In this document: positions 60,616 through 64,000 of the stretch, in pieces
Layout: the number at the start of each line of letters is the position of its first letter
Numbering within the stretch: the first letter of the stretch is position 1
DNA from: Bdellovibrionota bacterium
GTDB lineage: Bacteria; Bdellovibrionota; UBA1018; CAIPTA01; JAALKR01
Direction: 5' to 3'
DNA length: 64,000 nt
Assembly: GCA_965207455.1 (NCBI GenBank)
Contig: CBDBMJ010000001.1
Coordinates: 512,001-576,000, forward strand
The notes under the pieces: model-generated
The model's database searches: none
Told to the model about the DNA's origin: nothing
What the model saw: the letters and a program-made list of their open reading frames with translations, nothing else
Translations under genes and position numbers: made by a program

Positions 60616-61400
60616 AAATGGCCTAATGTTTTGTTGAGCTCGAAAAATAATTTTTTTAGAACGGAGCGAACCTTTTTTTCCTTAATAAGAGTACAAGAAG
60701 ACTCGTCCATATAGATACTTTGATCCATTTCCAATTGCATGGCATGAATACCTTTGCTGGGTTTTCCCATATAGCGAGTGAGGTGTCCGCCCTTAAAGGG
60801 AGTATTTATGGAAAAAGAGTAGGGAGGGGTGAGTGTGTTGGCACCAGCATCTATGAGTTTCATGCTGGACGATAGGCCATCGCAATTACTTATAGTCATT
60901 TCTGAAAAGGAAGGGATGTGGTGGGCATTGTGTGTAATGGAATGGGCATCAAAAAATAAAACAGCAGGGAACTTTTCTCGAAGCCCAGCCAATAGTGATT
61001 CTATTTTTTTATAGTACGGCCAATAGTATTTTGTTATGCGATCTTGAATTTCCTCAGGGTCGGGGGGTGAAAGGTATATGGACTCCCCAGCAAATGTTTT
61101 TGTGGGCACTAGACTGGTTTCTATTCGATTGTCTCCATAGAGGGCTTTTTGCTCATGGGAACGGTTTAAGTCGATCACATAACGACTCAAATTTGCCACT
61201 ATCATGGTAATACCCATTTGTGGTGCAAAATCATATAGCTTGTCCACAAACCAGTCTGTGTCTTCAGGATGGTGAATGTGCTTTTCCTTGTATTGTTTTT
61301 TTAAGTCGGAGGGAAAGAAGGTTCCACTATGGGGCACGCTGATGATAATGGGTAGTATTTCTGCGCTTGGTTCATAAATAGTATGGATTGGCTTAGACAT
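60612..61400 (-). CDS. hutG: N-formylglutamate amidohydrolase
   Basis: SVPHSG, DTDWFVD.LY, SRYVIDLNR, DAHSI, PFKGG, HAMQLE; start MSKP at 61400. Confidence 0.93.
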   Translation of the reverse strand: MSKPIHTIYEPSAEILPIIISVPHSGTFFPSDLKKQYKEKHIHHPEDTDWFVDKLYDFAPQMGITMIVANLSRYVIDLNRSHEQKALYGDNRIETSLVPTKTFAGESIYLSPPDPEEIQDRITKYYWPYYKKIESLLAGLREKFPAVLFFDAHSITHNAHHIPSFSEMTISNCDGLSSSMKLIDAGANTLTPPYSFSINTPFKGGHLTRYMGKPSKGIHAMQLEMDQSIYMDESSCTLIKEKKVRSVLKKLFFELNKTLGHL

Positions 61401-63111
61401 CTTGAAATGGAGGGGTAAATACTCCTTGTCCCCCAGGCTTGGCATATTCTCCGTTGGGACCAAAATTGGAAGCGATTTTCTTTAAATTGGCAATGTCCAA
61501 GGTTTCGGCATCTTTGGTTTTTTCCATAGATATTATTTGTGTTGGAGAAAATTCCACACCAAGCTTTTTCGCTAGTCGGTAGATTTCTAGAAAAATATTT
61601 TGACGTTCCACAAGTTCCACATCCCATCCTGGAACTTTTAAATAACAATAGAGCATGATTTCCAAATCTGGTCCCCTGTAGGAGTTAAACACCACATGGA
61701 AATTATCTTTTTGAGTATGGGGGTTTGCCAGTATAATATTCTTTATCCCCTCTAAAAAAGCCTCTATTTTTTCAACAGGAGTGCCGTATGAAATGCCCAA
61801 GTAGGCGAGCACTCGTCGGTAGTGTCGCAAGCCGTAGTTGTCTATATTTTCACTAGCCATTGTGGCGTTGGGCACGGTAATGAGGGAATGGTAAAAGGTG
61901 CGCACTCGCGTGGATCGAAAACCAATATCTTCTACAACACCATCCACCTTTCCCACTGCGATCCAGTCACCAACTCTAAAGGGAGCGTCTAAAACAATCA
62001 TAATGGATCCAAACAGGTTGGCGCAGGTATCCCGAGCAGCAAGTGCAAAGGCGAGTCCTCCTAAACCTAGTCCTGCCAGTACGGACACCACGTTTACTCC
62101 TAAATTCTCAAACATAACAAGGGCACCGAGAATAAGAATAAAGAAACGCAGGGAACGCTTTATAAGAGGAATGAGATGATCATCCAGTGTTGTATCCGTT
62201 TTTGCCGTAACTTTGTATAGGAAGTCGGTGAGTACATCTACGGAACTATAGATAACCAATATAATACTTACACTAAATAGAACTCTTACTATGGAGGTTA
62301 AAAAGATGAGGGCAAAGCCGTCGAAATATAAAGCATGAATCGCTAGGAAATAAAAAACAGACATTAAAACATAGCTCAATGGTTTAGTGGTGGATTGGAG
62401 GAGCTGGTGCTGCCAGTAGAAACCTTTTTTGGCAGCAATAAACGTTTGGAAGAGAGACACGGAATACTGGAAAATACTTCGCACAACTAAACCCAGAAAG
62501 ATGGCACATAGAAGACCCGCCCACTGCCAATTGGGCAGAAGAAAAAACTCAGCCTTAGTCCAACTGGGTAGTAAGGAAGTGAAGTAAGGTTCTTTATAGA
62601 GAGCGCCATGACCCGAAGCCTTTTTATAGGGTAGTTTCTTTACTTTATTATAAAACTCCTTTGCCCGGTTCGCAGTGTTTTTTGTAAAAAGGTATTTGCC
62701 CTTTTCTTCTCCCTTACTCACAAGAGCAATAGCAATTTCCGTATTTTTTATCGTCCAAGTGGGAGATCCACTTTTTATCTTTAAGGGAATCTCATTGTAG
62801 TCAATGACTGTGATTCGATCGATGACTTCCTTGAGGAAGATAGCTGCTTCCTTTCCCTCCACATAACGAGATATGCTGGAAAAACGACTTAAATCTAGGG
62901 TTTGAATGGCTTTATTTATATTTGCAGTAAGATTGTCGTCTTTTTTTTCTATGCCTTTTTTATAATTATTCATAGCGTCCATAAAGGTGCGCATGGTTTC
63001 CCTGGGAGAATCCACCCGTATGGGTTCCAGAGGATTGGTGGCAGTGAGTGCGGGATAGGAATAAAAGAGAAAGAAAAAAGAGAGGATCTGTATGGTACTT
63101 ATTTTATTCAT
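61393..63111 (-). CDS. MscS-family mechanosensitive channel with N-terminal periplasmic domain
   Basis: Signal peptide, SPRETMRTF, AGLGLGGLAFALAA, PFRVGDWI, IGFRSTRVR, VPN. Confidence 0.93.
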   Translation of the reverse strand: MNKISTIQILSFFFLFYSYPALTATNPLEPIRVDSPRETMRTFMDAMNNYKKGIEKKDDNLTANINKAIQTLDLSRFSSISRYVEGKEAAIFLKEVIDRITVIDYNEIPLKIKSGSPTWTIKNTEIAIALVSKGEEKGKYLFTKNTANRAKEFYNKVKKLPYKKASGHGALYKEPYFTSLLPSWTKAEFFLLPNWQWAGLLCAIFLGLVVRSIFQYSVSLFQTFIAAKKGFYWQHQLLQSTTKPLSYVLMSVFYFLAIHALYFDGFALIFLTSIVRVLFSVSIILVIYSSVDVLTDFLYKVTAKTDTTLDDHLIPLIKRSLRFFILILGALVMFENLGVNVVSVLAGLGLGGLAFALAARDTCANLFGSIMIVLDAPFRVGDWIAVGKVDGVVEDIGFRSTRVRTFYHSLITVPNATMASENIDNYGLRHYRRVLAYLGISYGTPVEKIEAFLEGIKNIILANPHTQKDNFHVVFNSYRGPDLEIMLYCYLKVPGWDVELVERQNIFLEIYRLAKKLGVEFSPTQIISMEKTKDAETLDIANLKKIASNFGPNGEYAKPGGQGVFTPPFQDV

Positions 63112-64000
63112 AGTGAGTTCTTTCCTATACGCTTAGGTTCTTGTCTTAGACTGTTGAGGAGATCTTTATTGGGAACCACATAGAATAATTTTCCATACTC
63201 TTTCATCACACCAGCCGATTTTTTAGCCTTGTCTCCACTGCCCCAAAATAAATCCAATCTGCCCCCACCACGAATCGCTCCCCCCACATCCTGATCCACT
63301 ACAAAACGAGACACCGGCAACCAACCCAAGGGAGTCATATCGTTGGAATTCTGAAAAATAGGTTTTTTAAAAGAAAGAAAGGCCAGTGCGCCCTTTGAAA
63401 AAAATCTGGGGTCGGTTGCAATGGTTCGTCCCGCAGTGGCAGGCACACCTAAATAGGTTACGGCTTTTTGTCGCATTTTTTTGAAAAATACGTAACTGGG
63501 ATTTTTATTAAAAAAAGAAAGCATATCTTTTTTGGGAATGGAACGCAGGTAACCTTCAATTGTATGCAAAGTTATGTCTTCTTTAGGAATCACGTCCGTT
63601 AGGAAACGACCAACAGCTTCGTAAGGGTGACCATTTTGTCCCGCATAGCCCACCCTCAATCTTCGTTTTTTACCCAAAGTAATCACTCCAGATCCCTGAA
63701 TCTGTAGAATAAACGCATCCAGTGGGTCGATCCAGCATAACTCTAAACGCTTATTCCTAAGCATACCCAAACTATCTATTTCCTCCCTAGAATAATAGGG
63801 AACAACAGAGGGTATAAGACCCTTGGATCGAATGATACGACCCCTAAGGACCGAGGGAATATCCACAGTGTCCGGCATATTTGACATAAGCTTTTCCCAC
63901 TCCTCTATTTTAATTTCCACTAAATCTTTGGGGAGCCTATATAAGGGCTGAGTATGGTTGCCACGCCTTCTTCTCGATCCTCTTATAATGGGCTCGTAGT
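63108..64000 (-). CDS. mltA: Membrane-bound lytic murein transglycosylase A (5' end beyond window)
   Basis: Frame stays open to the window edge (YEPIIRGSR...PLYRLPKDLV); LQIQGSG, YAGQNGHPY, NPSYVFF, QDVGGAIRG, DLFWG.G. Confidence 0.93.
   Translation of the reverse strand, partial: YEPIIRGSRRRRGNHTQPLYRLPKDLVEIKIEEWEKLMSNMPDTVDIPSVLRGRIIRSKGLIPSVVPYYSREEIDSLGMLRNKRLELCWIDPLDAFILQIQGSGVITLGKKRRLRVGYAGQNGHPYEAVGRFLTDVIPKEDITLHTIEGYLRSIPKKDMLSFFNKNPSYVFFKKMRQKAVTYLGVPATAGRTIATDPRFFSKGALAFLSFKKPIFQNSNDMTPLGWLPVSRFVVDQDVGGAIRGGGRLDLFWGSGDKAKKSAGVMKEYGKLFYVVPNKDLLNSLRQEPKRIGKNSL

Noticed and set aside
50584..61463. Extended starts in the ORF track for hemW (50584), nadE (56139), ndk (56467) and hutG (61463)
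   Set aside because: Extensions overlap neighbouring genes or lack family similarity; downstream ATGs (50659, 56001, 56434, 61400) fit better
184..63183. Other short 60-130 aa ORFs nested in or antisense to identified genes
   Set aside because: Largely overlapped by well-supported genes and lacking motifs or RBS
1..64000. tRNA, rRNA, IS elements or prophage genes
   Set aside because: No cloverleaf, rRNA-like tract, transposase, integrase or phage structural gene recognised by eye; covariance-model scans were not run

Overview
AT-rich bacterial chromosomal segment. The gene set (TIGR04552-like protein, pilB-pilT-pilC, hybrid maeB, sigma28-like promoter, RCC1-repeat lipoproteins) suggests a Bdellovibrionota/deltaproteobacteria-like organism; this is inference, not a search result. 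Most of the window is housekeeping: nhaA, an osmoprotectant ABC pair, gcvP, serC, fabD, pgpA-cinA-recA, alaS, pilBTC, pyk, yajQ, lolA, rpsU-yqeY-dnaG-rpoD, maeB-ridA-nadK-recN-hemW, nadE, ndk, hutFG, mscS and a partial mltA. Main points of interest: (1) an ~8.2 kb surface-lipoprotein gene with 13 tandem 273-276 bp Ig-like units, further diverged units and an RCC1 tip, broken in one damaged unit, plus a short-stalk paralog at 52-53.8 kb; (2) a higBA module bracketed by 39-bp direct repeats that each encode the hutF C-terminus and stop codon, with no integrase in the window; (3) two secreted protease-fold proteins that appear catalytically dead; (4) a perfect 26-bp tandem array at the gcvP stop; (5) a near-perfect Fur-type box on the pilBTC promoter and a sigma28-type promoter for an apparently leaderless gene. 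No rRNA, tRNA, CRISPR array, transposase or integrase was recognised.
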